64,000 bases of DNA from an uncultured Collinsella sp. (GCA_902495545.1 CABUXM010000002.1:1674-65673), one strand, 5' to 3'. Positions 49,390 through 58,508 are shown, counted from the stretch's first letter. Numbers and translations are program-made. Notes: generated by a model from the sequence alone, not told the origin.

Positions 49390-49546
49390 TTAGACTCCTC
49401 CATGTACAGTACGTGTTGTTACAGAGATTCACGGGGCTCTGCAAGTAACCCGTCCATATTACCCCGCTCGCCGTCCGAGTCAACAGGTATTTTGGCTCCG
49501 ACCAGAGTTTCTGCACATGTCATCCATGGGTCATGACGTCGCGACA

Positions 49547-50425
49547 CTAGCGCTCGACAAATGCCTCGATATCACTCAGTAGGCGCTTTGCCTCCTGGCG
49601 GCCCTGAATATACAGGTCGAGGAGCTTTGCCGGATCGTGCTCAACGTGACCGACCTCGACCGGCTTTTGTGGCGCAACGACCAGCGCGCGGCCCTCGCGC
49701 TCATACTTCCACAGATGCATGCGCTGGATGTTATAGTGGTCGTGGCGCGTCTCGATAGCCTCGAGCAGATAGGGGTAGTCGGCATAGCGAGCGCGTGCGG
49801 CTGGCATAAACTCGTAGGGCTTTTTCTCGTACGAGCGGTCCTGCGTGACAATGACAACCGCGCGATCGAAGCCCGCCTCCTCCAGCACGTGCTCGATAGG
49901 GACCGAATCGGCTACGCCGCCGTCGACGTATTTGTGCCCATCGATCTCGACCGGCGGCGTCACCAGCGGCAGCGACGTCGATGCGCGCACGGCGTCGAGG
50001 TCAAGTACGGCGCTTTTGACCGGCAGGTACGTGGCAGTTCCAAAGAGCATGTCCGTCGCGACGGCGTACATCTCGATGGGGCTCGCGTCGAACGTCTCGT
50101 TGTCAAAGGGATCCAGGCGGTCCTGGACATCGTTGAAAATAAAGTCGTAACCCACAATAGAGCCCGTGGACGCAAACGATGCGGCGCCCATGAAGCGGCT
50201 GTCGTTGCAGAAAGCCAGGTTGATGCGGTTGGCACGGCCGATCTGGTGCGACTTGTAGTTCACGCCGTTGAGGGCACCGGCCGATACACCGTAGACAGCC
50301 GGAATCTCGACGCCAGCCTCCATGAGAACGTCGAGCACGCCCGCGGTAAACTGCCCGCGGAAGCTGCCGCCCTCCAAAACGAGCGCGACCTTGCCGGCGT
50401 TCTTTGCCTTATCTTCTGCAGTCAT
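49547..50425 (-). CDS. patatin-like phospholipase family protein
   Basis: 292 aa. It has LVLEGGSFRG (oxyanion Gly-rich loop), GVSAGA (GxSxG) and a later DGG motif. Confidence 0.8.
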   Translation of the reverse strand: MTAEDKAKNAGKVALVLEGGSFRGQFTAGVLDVLMEAGVEIPAVYGVSAGALNGVNYKSHQIGRANRINLAFCNDSRFMGAASFASTGSIVGYDFIFNDVQDRLDPFDNETFDASPIEMYAVATDMLFGTATYLPVKSAVLDLDAVRASTSLPLVTPPVEIDGHKYVDGGVADSVPIEHVLEEAGFDRAVVIVTQDRSYEKKPYEFMPAARARYADYPYLLEAIETRHDHYNIQRMHLWKYEREGRALVVAPQKPVEVGHVEHDPAKLLDLYIQGRQEAKRLLSDIEAFVER

Positions 50426-50512
50426 ATTGACCTCCTGCGATTGCGTTTTGGCTTTCTTCTACCCAGTTTTGGAATGGAGGGCGCATAGGTTTTGGAGTTG
50501 AGAATATGGAGC

Positions 50513-50660
50513 GGAAAGCGTGTCCCAGTTTGAGGCGGGATTCCGGGATGAACTTTCCGCTTGGACCGCCGTTGGGAAAGCGTGTCCCGTTCTGAGCGAG
50601 GATTCCGGGATGGATTATCCGCCTGGGCCGCCGTTAGGAAAGCGCGTCCCACCCTACGTT
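50513..50660. repeat. 62-bp tandem repeat, about 2.3 copies
   Basis: Units start with GGAAAGCG at 50513, 50575 and 50637. Units 1 and 2 are roughly 80% identical by eye. Confidence 0.75.
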
Positions 50661-50935
50661 GCCGTAGCGTTTGCTTAACGCCCGCGCCCTGCACAGAGTT
50701 CGATTCTCCGCGGGTTTGGGGTTCCGTTGATGCGGCGCATGGCCGGCTGAGATTCGATAACATCGCATCCATATTGGGCTGATAGTTTGCGCGGAGAATC
50801 CGCGTATTTGCTTCGCAAATCCGCGCCGGCTTCGGCCGGCTGCCGCCGCCCTCGCCCGCGGGCTACAAACGCTTCGCGTTTGCTTAACGCCCGCGCCCTG
50901 CATAGAGTTCGATTCTCCGCGGTATCCATATGTAA

Positions 50936-50970
50936 TAAAAAGGCAGGTAGAGACACTTCTCTACCTGCCT
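50936..50970 (-). terminator. rho-independent terminator of ssrA
   Basis: A 12-bp perfect stem, AGGCAGGTAGAG/CTCTACCTGCCT, is followed on the minus strand by TTTTT. It lies 9 nt after the tmRNA CCA end. Confidence 0.8.
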
Positions 50971-50978
50971 GTTACGTA

Positions 50979-51342
50979 TGGTGGAGGCGCGGAGAATCGA
51001 ACTCCGGTCCACGAAAGCCCCCTGATTGGCATCTCCAAGCTCAGTCGCTGGTTTTTTCTCGGACGCTTTGCGCGCAGCGACACGCTCGCGGCGTCCTAAC
51101 CGGTTCGGTCTTAGCCTGCGCCATACCGATTACGTGCGCAGGAGCATTCCCCTAAAATGACGTCGCGCCGGTGTCGGGGAAATCACCGGGTTGACGTGCC
51201 GCTATAAACTAAGCAGCGAGAGCCATAGGCTCAAAAGAAGAGTTGTTGTCAATTCAATTTGACGGTACCCCTGTTTAACGAGGCGAGGAGACCTCGGCTT
51301 GCTTCCTCTCTCAGAGCTATCGTGTCGAAACCAGTCGCCCCC
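50979..51342 (-). ncRNA. ssrA: tmRNA (transfer-messenger RNA), about 364 nt
   Basis: The 5' end GGGGGCGACTGGTTTCGACA... pairs with the 3' end ...GGAGTTCGATTCTCCGCGCCTCCACCA, including the G3:U70 alanine identity pair. The tag reading frame at 51209-51250 encodes DNNSSFEPMALAA followed by a stop. Confidence 0.93.
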
Positions 51343-51581
51343 GAATGTCGGGAAAGTCTGGATGGCATTGGGCCTGCAAACACCCGATAACCGTCGACTT
51401 TTCAAGGAACATACGGGGCGAGCCCCGCTTGTGGAGTGTAATCTTACCACGTTCTGAAAGCGGACAGCTGTTCTATGCACGAGCTGTGAAGACCCCAATG
51501 TGCGCCGCACTTCGCACTTTTGTTACCGATCGCGTCACGTATATTTTCGCCAAGCAAAATTGACCCGTCGAAAGAATCGTT

Positions 51582-52019
51582 ATGGATACCAAGCAGCAAC
51601 TCGTCAATGCCCTCGCAGGCCTGGGCTCAACCATTACCGAAGCTATGGATGTCATCGAGGGCTTTGTCCCCTGCGGACATCCCGCCCTCGTGGTCACGGG
51701 TGCCCTCAACGCGCTCACCGACGGCGCCGATGAGGCCACACTCGCCGAGCACGTTGAAACCGTCCGCGGCTTCATCGACCACGTAAGCGAAAACCGCGGC
51801 GTCACCGCACATCACGACATCGAGCTTGGTGAGCTCACGGGTGCAAAGGCCGAACTCTTTGCCGAAATCAGCGCTATAGCCAACCTCACCAAAACCGCTG
51901 GCGTCAAGAACACCCAGGTCAACGAATGGCTCTACCGCAGCCTCGCTGCCCTCAATAAATCCGATGCCACAGCAGTAGACAAACTCGCCGAAGCCGCCGC
52001 CATAAAAACGCAGCTTTAA
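51582..52019 (+). CDS. hypothetical protein
   Basis: 145 aa Ala/Leu-rich ORF with gene-like codon usage. No family recognised. Confidence 0.45.
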   Translation: MDTKQQLVNALAGLGSTITEAMDVIEGFVPCGHPALVVTGALNALTDGADEATLAEHVETVRGFIDHVSENRGVTAHHDIELGELTGAKAELFAEISAIANLTKTAGVKNTQVNEWLYRSLAALNKSDATAVDKLAEAAAIKTQL

Positions 52020-52249
52020 GACTTAGTTCTCATTTCGAGCCATAATTGAAGAGCAAGCCAGATACAGCACACAGTCACATGAGAGATTTGAGAGATCCAG
52101 CTTGCTCTTCGACTAAAAATGATATCTGTCCAGGCTAATTAACGCTTTGCTTTTCGCACAATCCAACGTACCAGCCTAAATCCGAGCACGATAAGCGCAA
52201 TTAGTATCGCAAGTAAGACGATTTCGGGACCGCGCACAAAACCACCGCC

Positions 52250-52765
52250 CTAGTATGCATAGGTGTGCAGAGTCGTTCCCTGCATTTCCGCGCCCAAGAA
52301 CACATTTCCAGTATACAAGCCTGGTATAGACACATTCACGCGCTGTAGCGCTCGTGTACTATTCCAGGTAAAGGAATCAGATGCCGTTCCCAGGGGAACA
52401 GAATAATTCGAACCCCAAGCACTCGTTATCTTATGATTGCCGATTTTAATGTAGAACTCCTGAAATATCACCGAGTTATAGTAAACCCTCCATGTGCCAG
52501 AGGCGTTTTGATAATAAGAATCCCACGCGTTACACGGCTCAATAGTCGGAATATATTCAATTCCAATTTTGCCTTCAGTTCCATCCGGCAAAATAACGGT
52601 ATATTCCTGACTCGCACGATCTTTCAGTTGAAATGAAACACTCACTGGATATTCGCTATTGTCATTAGTCAGGAAATCATCCGCAAACCCTATTGAGGGC
52701 GTAAACAGCGATAGGGCAGCCACTAACAGTAGTAATGCAACAGGTAAAGATAGGCGCTTGTTCAT
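52250..52765 (-). CDS. secreted hypothetical protein in an A/T-rich segment
   Basis: 171 aa. The signal peptide is MNKRLSLPVALLLLVAALSLFTPSIGFA. The mature part is beta-rich and Tyr/Asn/Ser-rich. GC content is clearly lower than the flanks. Confidence 0.65.
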   Translation of the reverse strand: MNKRLSLPVALLLLVAALSLFTPSIGFADDFLTNDNSEYPVSVSFQLKDRASQEYTVILPDGTEGKIGIEYIPTIEPCNAWDSYYQNASGTWRVYYNSVIFQEFYIKIGNHKITSAWGSNYSVPLGTASDSFTWNSTRALQRVNVSIPGLYTGNVFLGAEMQGTTLHTYAY

Positions 52766-53206
52766 AATGCTCGCTCCTAAAATAAATTCAGCTCCATCAA
52801 CTAAGCATATCTAAGACGCTTATTGCCAAATATGGTTCCGAATCTTGATAGCATCATGAACCCCCACATTTTTCTTTTAGGGTATCGCTTTATGTACCCG
52901 TACGCAAGCACTTTAACTTTGTTATTTGGGAGCCAGCCGGCGAAAGGACAGAAGTAAACTGTCTCTGGAAATTGCCGAGATAAACGCTTTGGTTAGAAGC
53001 ACTTGGCCCCATCAATCCATCGAAGGCTCTCACAACAAAGCACATCTCCGAAACAGACTTCCGGCCATTTGACCCAAAATCTCGAGTCGACAGGACTGGG
53101 AAGGCATCTAGAGGGGGCGGCGTATTTAAAGAATAAGGCGGTCCATAGCAAAACAGCGTGCACCCCTTGGGTGTCGGAGCTCCAGGGGCGCACATATAGA
53201 TTTACG

Positions 53207-53722
53207 TTAGCGGGACAACCGCCCACCACGTTCGGCCAAAGCAAGAATCGGCATCATCTGGCGCGGGGTCTTTGCTGCAAGATCGGCATGTTCGAGCAGT
53301 TTGCGATCGTTGGTCACCAAGTAATCGACCTGCGCGCGCTTACACGCGGCGAGCACCAAGTTGTCCTCGTAATCGCGATGGAGCGCTAAGTATTTGTCGG
53401 CCAGCCAAAGGTCCGACGCATCTGCACCCACGGCCGTGGCGTTTTCGGTCATGTTCCGAACAAACGCCAACGCCGCATCGCCAATTGCACGGGCAGATGC
53501 CTCGTCGAGCGCTCCCCCACTGGCAAGAACGTTACGCTTGAGTTCGTGTTGGACAACGTACAGAACGTCCTTGGCGATATGCACCGGAAAGAACAGCAAT
53601 GCCCCCGTCTCCGTCGCCTGTCCAATAAACGCACGCGCGGCAAGCGACTCGGCATGGTCGACGCAAAACGAATCAACCCATACGTTGGCATCCACCATTA
53701 TTTTGAGGAGAGCCCCGCTCAC
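53207..53722 (-). CDS. PIN-domain (VapC-like) toxin
   Basis: (V)SGALLKIMVDANVWVD...EDNLVLAAC...DYLVTNDRKLL shows PIN acidic residues. The GTG start overlaps the upstream stop (GTGA). Confidence 0.7.
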   Translation of the reverse strand: MSGALLKIMVDANVWVDSFCVDHAESLAARAFIGQATETGALLFFPVHIAKDVLYVVQHELKRNVLASGGALDEASARAIGDAALAFVRNMTENATAVGADASDLWLADKYLALHRDYEDNLVLAACKRAQVDYLVTNDRKLLEHADLAAKTPRQMMPILALAERGGRLSR

Positions 53723-54054
53723 GGGATCATCCCCTTTTGGCGATAGCGCTCATCCATGGCTTCGGAATAGATTGTGTCCCAATCGCGATCGTCGGATACG
53801 GGCGACGTAGCGATGCCCAGGTCCGCGTAAAGCTGATCCGCCGCCGCCCATGATGCGGCGAACGGAGTATCGGGCGCGACGGTCTGCCGCCGGTCGTCGA
53901 CGGCCGCAAGCACTTCCTCGCACTGCCCGCCACCCTGCGCGACCTTGGCCACCACCTTTTTGATGAGCTCGGGCAGCGAGGTGCCCGAAAGCTGCAGCAC
54001 CTCCTCGGCGCGGTTCTTGACCTGGCGATCTACGCGAACGTTCACCTGCGCCAT
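53719..54054 (-). CDS. RelB/DinJ-like ribbon-helix-helix antitoxin
   Basis: MAQVNVRVDRQVKNRAEEVLQLSGTSLPELIKKVV is an RHH-type N-terminus. The start could instead be GTG 54072 or GTG 54114. Confidence 0.6.
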   Translation of the reverse strand: MAQVNVRVDRQVKNRAEEVLQLSGTSLPELIKKVVAKVAQGGGQCEEVLAAVDDRRQTVAPDTPFAASWAAADQLYADLGIATSPVSDDRDWDTIYSEAMDERYRQKGMIP

Positions 54055-54144
54055 GCCGCTAACAGCACCCACGTTGATCCCGCTCCCTTCAATTGCTAGC
54101 TCCGCTAGCACCACTATATAGAGAAGCTAGCACATGGTCAAACG

Positions 54145-54191
54145 CAAAAGGCCTGCGCCCGGACGACACCGATGCCGTCTGGGCGCAGGCC
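54145..54191 (-). terminator. rho-independent terminator of the P-type ATPase gene
   Basis: On the minus strand, GGCCTGCGCCC...GGGCGCAGGCC (11-bp outer stem plus an inner GACG/CGTC stem) is followed by TTTTGCGTTT. Confidence 0.7.
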
Positions 54192-54215
54192 AGATAACGT
54201 GGGCGAACACGTCTG

Positions 54216-56291
54216 CTAACGCAGGTACGCCTTCGCGTTGCCCAGGCTGTAGGCAATCGTCGAGCCATTGTGCAGCAGCGACGACGCCTGCGGGGTAATC
54301 GCGCCGGTAATGCCCAGCGCCAGGAGCGCCGAGTTGGTGAGCATCACCTTAGAGTAGGAGCTCGTCAGACGATCAATGAGGCCCTGGCTCATGCGGCGCA
54401 GACGCACAATCGCGGCCAGATCCGTGTCGGTCAGGATGATATCGGCGACCTCCTTGGCGATGTCGCTTCCGCCACCCATTGCCAGCCCCACGTCGGCCAA
54501 ACCGAGCGCCGGCGAATCGTTGACGCCGTCGCCCACCATGGCAACATGGCGCCCCTCGCCCTTAATGCGCTCCACATAGGCGTACTTGTCCTCGGGCAGC
54601 AGCTCGGCCTTAAACTCGTCGACACCCGCCTCGCGCGCGATGCGCTCGGCCGTGCGCTCGGAATCGCCCGTGAGCATAACGACATGCTTGACGCCCAGCG
54701 CATGCAGGTCGGCAATGGCCTCGCGCACGCCGGGTTTGAGCGGGTCCTCGATGCCGAGTACGCCCACGACCGTGCCGTCGACCGCCAGATACAGCGGCGA
54801 CAGGCCCTGCATCTGGAGCTCGATTTGCTCCTTAATGTCGGACTCGAGCTGCGCGCTCTCGTCCTCAAATACAAAGTGCGCGGAACCGATGATGGCGCGG
54901 CGCCCCTCGATGGACGACGCGATGCCGTGCGCCACGATGTACTCGACGGCGGCATGGCGCTCGCGGTGCTCGAGCCCGCGCTCGCGGGCAGCGTTGACCA
55001 CGGCGCGCGCCACCGGATGCGGGAAATGCTCCTCCAGGCAAGCGGAAAGGCGCAGGACCTCATCCTCGCTCCAGCCATCGGTGGTGAGTACGCAGGCAAG
55101 ACGCGGCTGCGCCTCGGTGAGCGTGCCGGTCTTATCAAAGACAATGGTGTCGGCCTTGGCAAACGACTCAAAGTACTTCGCGCCCTTGACCATGACGCCC
55201 ATCTTGGCAGCATCGCTCATAGCGGTCATGACGGCAACGGAACCCGTGAGCTTGAGTGCGCACGAGTAGTCGACCATCAGTGCTGCCGAGGTCTTGATGA
55301 GGCTGCGGGTAGTAAGCGCAACTAGGCCCGCGAGCAGGAAGTTCCACGGGACGATCTTGTTGGCAAGGTCCTCCATATGCGACTGGCCCTCGGACTTGAG
55401 CGAGTCGGCCGTCTGCACGAGCGAGACGATTGAGCGCAGTTTGGTTTGCGCCGTATTGGCGCGCACGCGCACCAAGATGCCGCCGTCTTCCACGACGGTA
55501 CCGGCGAACACGTCGTCGCCCACGCTGCGCTCGACGGCCAGCGGCTCGCCGGTCAGGGTCGCCTGGTTGACCATAGCGCTCCCCTGCTCGACAACACCGT
55601 CGATGCAGATGGACATGCCGGTGCGCACGGCGACCAGATCGCCGGGCTCAAGCTCGGTCGCGGCAACGCTTACCTCGGTGTCGCCGACAACCTTTTGCGC
55701 CTTGTCGGGCACATCGAGCAGCGAGTTGATGAGCTCGTTTTCACTCATGGCGCGGGTGTAGTCCTCGAGCAGCTCGCCCACGTTGAGCAGGAACATCGTC
55801 TGGCCCGCGGTGTCGACATCACGCTTGACGAACGAAATGCCGATGGCCGAAGCGTCGAGCACGGGAACGGTCAGGCGCGGCTGCGCGAGCTCACGGAGGG
55901 CGGCGCGCAAAAAGGTCATGTAACCGGCCACGACAAACACCGCACGCAGGGGCGTGGGCAAAAACCAGCGACGTGCGTAGTGGGCGCCGACAAGTGTGGC
56001 AAGATCCATGACGAGCTTGTGCTTGCGCGGCTCGAGTTGTATCACGTAGCCCGTCTTTGCGTCGGCAATGGCCTGAGCGTCGAGCGCACCGACGGCGGCC
56101 AGCACGGCATCGCGTCGCGGCTCGTCGTACTCCAGCGCCATCTGGCCAATGCGGCCATACACGCGCACCTTGCGCACGCCGTCGATGTCGCCACCAAGCT
56201 TAAGAAGCGCATCGAGATCGCTCTCTGGCACAGGACCCGCCAACTGGAGGCGGGTCCTGCCGGGGATCTCGCTGATAATCGAGAATCTCAT
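54216..56291 (-). CDS. P1B-type (heavy-metal-like) P-type ATPase with an atypical transmembrane metal motif
   Basis: 691 aa with TGEP, DKTGTLT and GDGVNDSPAL. The position of the canonical CPC motif reads YSCA. The N-terminal ferredoxin-like domain has no CxxC. Confidence 0.85.
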   Translation of the reverse strand: MRFSIISEIPGRTRLQLAGPVPESDLDALLKLGGDIDGVRKVRVYGRIGQMALEYDEPRRDAVLAAVGALDAQAIADAKTGYVIQLEPRKHKLVMDLATLVGAHYARRWFLPTPLRAVFVVAGYMTFLRAALRELAQPRLTVPVLDASAIGISFVKRDVDTAGQTMFLLNVGELLEDYTRAMSENELINSLLDVPDKAQKVVGDTEVSVAATELEPGDLVAVRTGMSICIDGVVEQGSAMVNQATLTGEPLAVERSVGDDVFAGTVVEDGGILVRVRANTAQTKLRSIVSLVQTADSLKSEGQSHMEDLANKIVPWNFLLAGLVALTTRSLIKTSAALMVDYSCALKLTGSVAVMTAMSDAAKMGVMVKGAKYFESFAKADTIVFDKTGTLTEAQPRLACVLTTDGWSEDEVLRLSACLEEHFPHPVARAVVNAARERGLEHRERHAAVEYIVAHGIASSIEGRRAIIGSAHFVFEDESAQLESDIKEQIELQMQGLSPLYLAVDGTVVGVLGIEDPLKPGVREAIADLHALGVKHVVMLTGDSERTAERIAREAGVDEFKAELLPEDKYAYVERIKGEGRHVAMVGDGVNDSPALGLADVGLAMGGGSDIAKEVADIILTDTDLAAIVRLRRMSQGLIDRLTSSYSKVMLTNSALLALGITGAITPQASSLLHNGSTIAYSLGNAKAYLR

Positions 56292-56309
56292 AGTTTGTGC
56301 CTGGAAGCG

Positions 56310-56555
56310 CTACTCAGCTGCGTTGTCCGCGGCGGCCTCGCTCTGGGTGATGTAAGCAGCCTCGGCAACCATGTCGTCGACATTAGCCTTGGCCTGCTCG
56401 ACCATGTCCTGGTAGCCGTTCTTGATGCGCATACCGCACGCAATACCCTGCACGCAGGCATTCTTGACCGGAGCGCTGGTAAGCAGCTTGATGCCGGCCG
56501 TGCCAAGCAGAAAACCGCCACCAACAAGCAGGGTGTTAAACGTCGACTTCTTCAT
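56310..56555 (-). CDS. small membrane protein co-transcribed with the ATPase
   Basis: MKKSTFNTLLVGGGFLLGTAGIKLL..., 81 aa. ATG 56555 follows an AAAGGGAG RBS. It lies 18 nt upstream of the ATPase gene. Confidence 0.6.
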   Translation of the reverse strand: MKKSTFNTLLVGGGFLLGTAGIKLLTSAPVKNACVQGIACGMRIKNGYQDMVEQAKANVDDMVAEAAYITQSEAAADNAAE

Positions 56556-56750
56556 GTTGCTTCTCCCTTTTGCCGCATGGGGCGCGGCATGGTGCCTTAG
56601 CACCCGAGTTCATCAGTTAGCTCGAGCACGCTTTTGAAATACCTTAATTCTATCTAACTATCTAGGTCAGCCATGGCTAACCTTTTGAAAATTAACGATG
56701 CGGAGTAACCGATTGTAAATGTGACAAAGGGACTGTTCCTTTGCCCCTTC

Positions 56751-58508
56751 TTACAGCTGCCAGGCAGCCGCTTCCTTTTGCAGCGCAACCATGCGGGCGA
56801 ATTCTCCACCTGCCGCCTTGAGCTGCGCCGGAGTGCCCTGCTCGGCAACCACACCATCCTTGAGTACAACGATCTTATCGGCATTTTCTACCGTGCGCAT
56901 ACGGTGGGCGATCACGATAACTGTCTTTCCTGCGAGCAGGCGGGAGAGCGCCTGCTGCACCACGGTCTCGTTCTCCACATCCAAACTCGCCGTCGCCTCG
57001 TCCAGCAACACAATCGGCGCATCTTTGAGCAGCGCGCGGGCGATGGAGATGCGCTGGCGCTCGCCGCCGGACAGCTTGGAGCCGTTCTCGCCGATCATGG
57101 TGTCATAGCCCTGCGGCATGCGGCTCACAAACTCGTCGCAGTTGGCGGCACGCGCGGCAGCAAGCACTTCCTCATCGGTGGCATCGCGACGACCAAGACG
57201 GATGTTTCCCATCACCGTGTCGTCAAAGAGCAGCACGTCTTGGAACACAATGGCGTAGTCGCGCAGCAGCACCTCGGGGTCCACGCTCGCAACATCCACG
57301 CCACCCACGGTGACCGTGCCTTCGGTGGCGTCCCAAAAGCGCGCGGCCAGGCGGCTCACCGTAGACTTACCGGAACCCGAAGGACCGACCAGCGCCGTAA
57401 CTTCGCCTTCCTTGGCGGTAAAGCTCACATCGGTAAGAACTTTCTCGCCGGCGCGGCCGTCCTCGCCCGCACCATAGCCAAATGCCACGTGATCGAACAC
57501 CACATCGTGGCCCACGGGCTCAAATTTCTCGCTGCCCCGCGCCACAGGCTCTTCCATGATGGAACGCATGCGCTTGGCAGACGACTCGGCGACAAACAGC
57601 TCCGACACGAGCATAAGGGCCTGATCAAACGGCGCGTAGATACGGCTCACCATAAGCAGGAAGGCAAACATCACCAAAAAGTCGACCTGCCCGGAGGCGA
57701 CCATCGTGGCGCCCGTGACCAGCGTGGTGGCAATGCCCAGACGCAGAATGGAAAAGGCGGAGTTGACCAGAAGCCCGTTGACGAGCTCGCCCTTGGTGGT
57801 CTCGCGCTCCTCGACATCGATCACGGCGTTGAGCCCCTCAAGATAATGGGCCTCCTGGTTGGTGGCGCGGATTTCGCGCACGCAGTCGAGCGTCTCCTGG
57901 ATCGCCTCGGTGACCTTGACCTTCTCGGCGCGCACGCGGTCGAACACCGGGGTCATGGGGCCGCGTGTTAGATACAGCACGGCAAAGGCCACGGGAATGC
58001 TCCAAAACGCCGCGATCGCCAGCTGCCAGCAAAAGAACAGCGACGACACGAACACGATGGCACTTGCGATGATGGCGCCCCAGAGTTCTCCCAGCACATG
58101 GCTGTAGGCATGCTCCATAGTCTGAACGTCACCCATGATGGTCTCGGTTAAATCGGCCAGATCACGACGGCCGAAAAACGACAGCGGCAGTTTGCGCAAG
58201 CGCTCGGCGATCTCCATACGCTGCTTGCCGCACTCCTCGTAAAAGATGCAGTAGGTGTAGTAATACTGTTGCCAGTTAGAGGCAAAGAGCAACACGAAAA
58301 AGACCAGGAGGCCGCCCACGATCGGCAGGGCATCCGGCAGGTCAGCCCCGCTGGCGAGATGCTCGACAAAGCCGGCCATAACCAGGAATAAAAAGCCCAT
58401 GCCGGCCATGGTAATAAGATTGGTGAGCGCGGTCCAGAAGACACCGCGTTTTACGCCGGCGATGCCTTTATCGGATAGGAAATACTTCTTTTGGAATGAG
58501 GCGAACAT
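56751..58508 (-). CDS. ABC transporter, fused permease/ATP-binding subunit (exporter type)
   Basis: 585 aa. A six-TM N-terminal half is followed by GPSGSGKST, LSGGERQR and LLDEATASLD. Confidence 0.9.
   Translation of the reverse strand: MFASFQKKYFLSDKGIAGVKRGVFWTALTNLITMAGMGFLFLVMAGFVEHLASGADLPDALPIVGGLLVFFVLLFASNWQQYYYTYCIFYEECGKQRMEIAERLRKLPLSFFGRRDLADLTETIMGDVQTMEHAYSHVLGELWGAIIASAIVFVSSLFFCWQLAIAAFWSIPVAFAVLYLTRGPMTPVFDRVRAEKVKVTEAIQETLDCVREIRATNQEAHYLEGLNAVIDVEERETTKGELVNGLLVNSAFSILRLGIATTLVTGATMVASGQVDFLVMFAFLLMVSRIYAPFDQALMLVSELFVAESSAKRMRSIMEEPVARGSEKFEPVGHDVVFDHVAFGYGAGEDGRAGEKVLTDVSFTAKEGEVTALVGPSGSGKSTVSRLAARFWDATEGTVTVGGVDVASVDPEVLLRDYAIVFQDVLLFDDTVMGNIRLGRRDATDEEVLAAARAANCDEFVSRMPQGYDTMIGENGSKLSGGERQRISIARALLKDAPIVLLDEATASLDVENETVVQQALSRLLAGKTVIVIAHRMRTVENADKIVVLKDGVVAEQGTPAQLKAAGGEFARMVALQKEAAAWQL

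Noticed and set aside
49390-49546. Ribosomal-protein L13 leader RNA upstream of rplM
   Set aside because: The 157-nt leader could be structured. I could not reproduce any conserved motif from memory, and the known L13 leader is a Firmicutes family, so nothing supportable was found.
50513-50922. Tandem and dispersed repeats downstream of ssrA as a CRISPR array or as genuine tRNA genes
   Set aside because: It is not a CRISPR array. The 62-bp units are directly adjacent with no unique spacers, and the 47-nt units occur only twice, 209 bp apart.

They are not tRNAs either. The T-arm-like segment has an A-C mismatch in the stem, and no complementary 5' acceptor strand exists at the expected distance for either copy.
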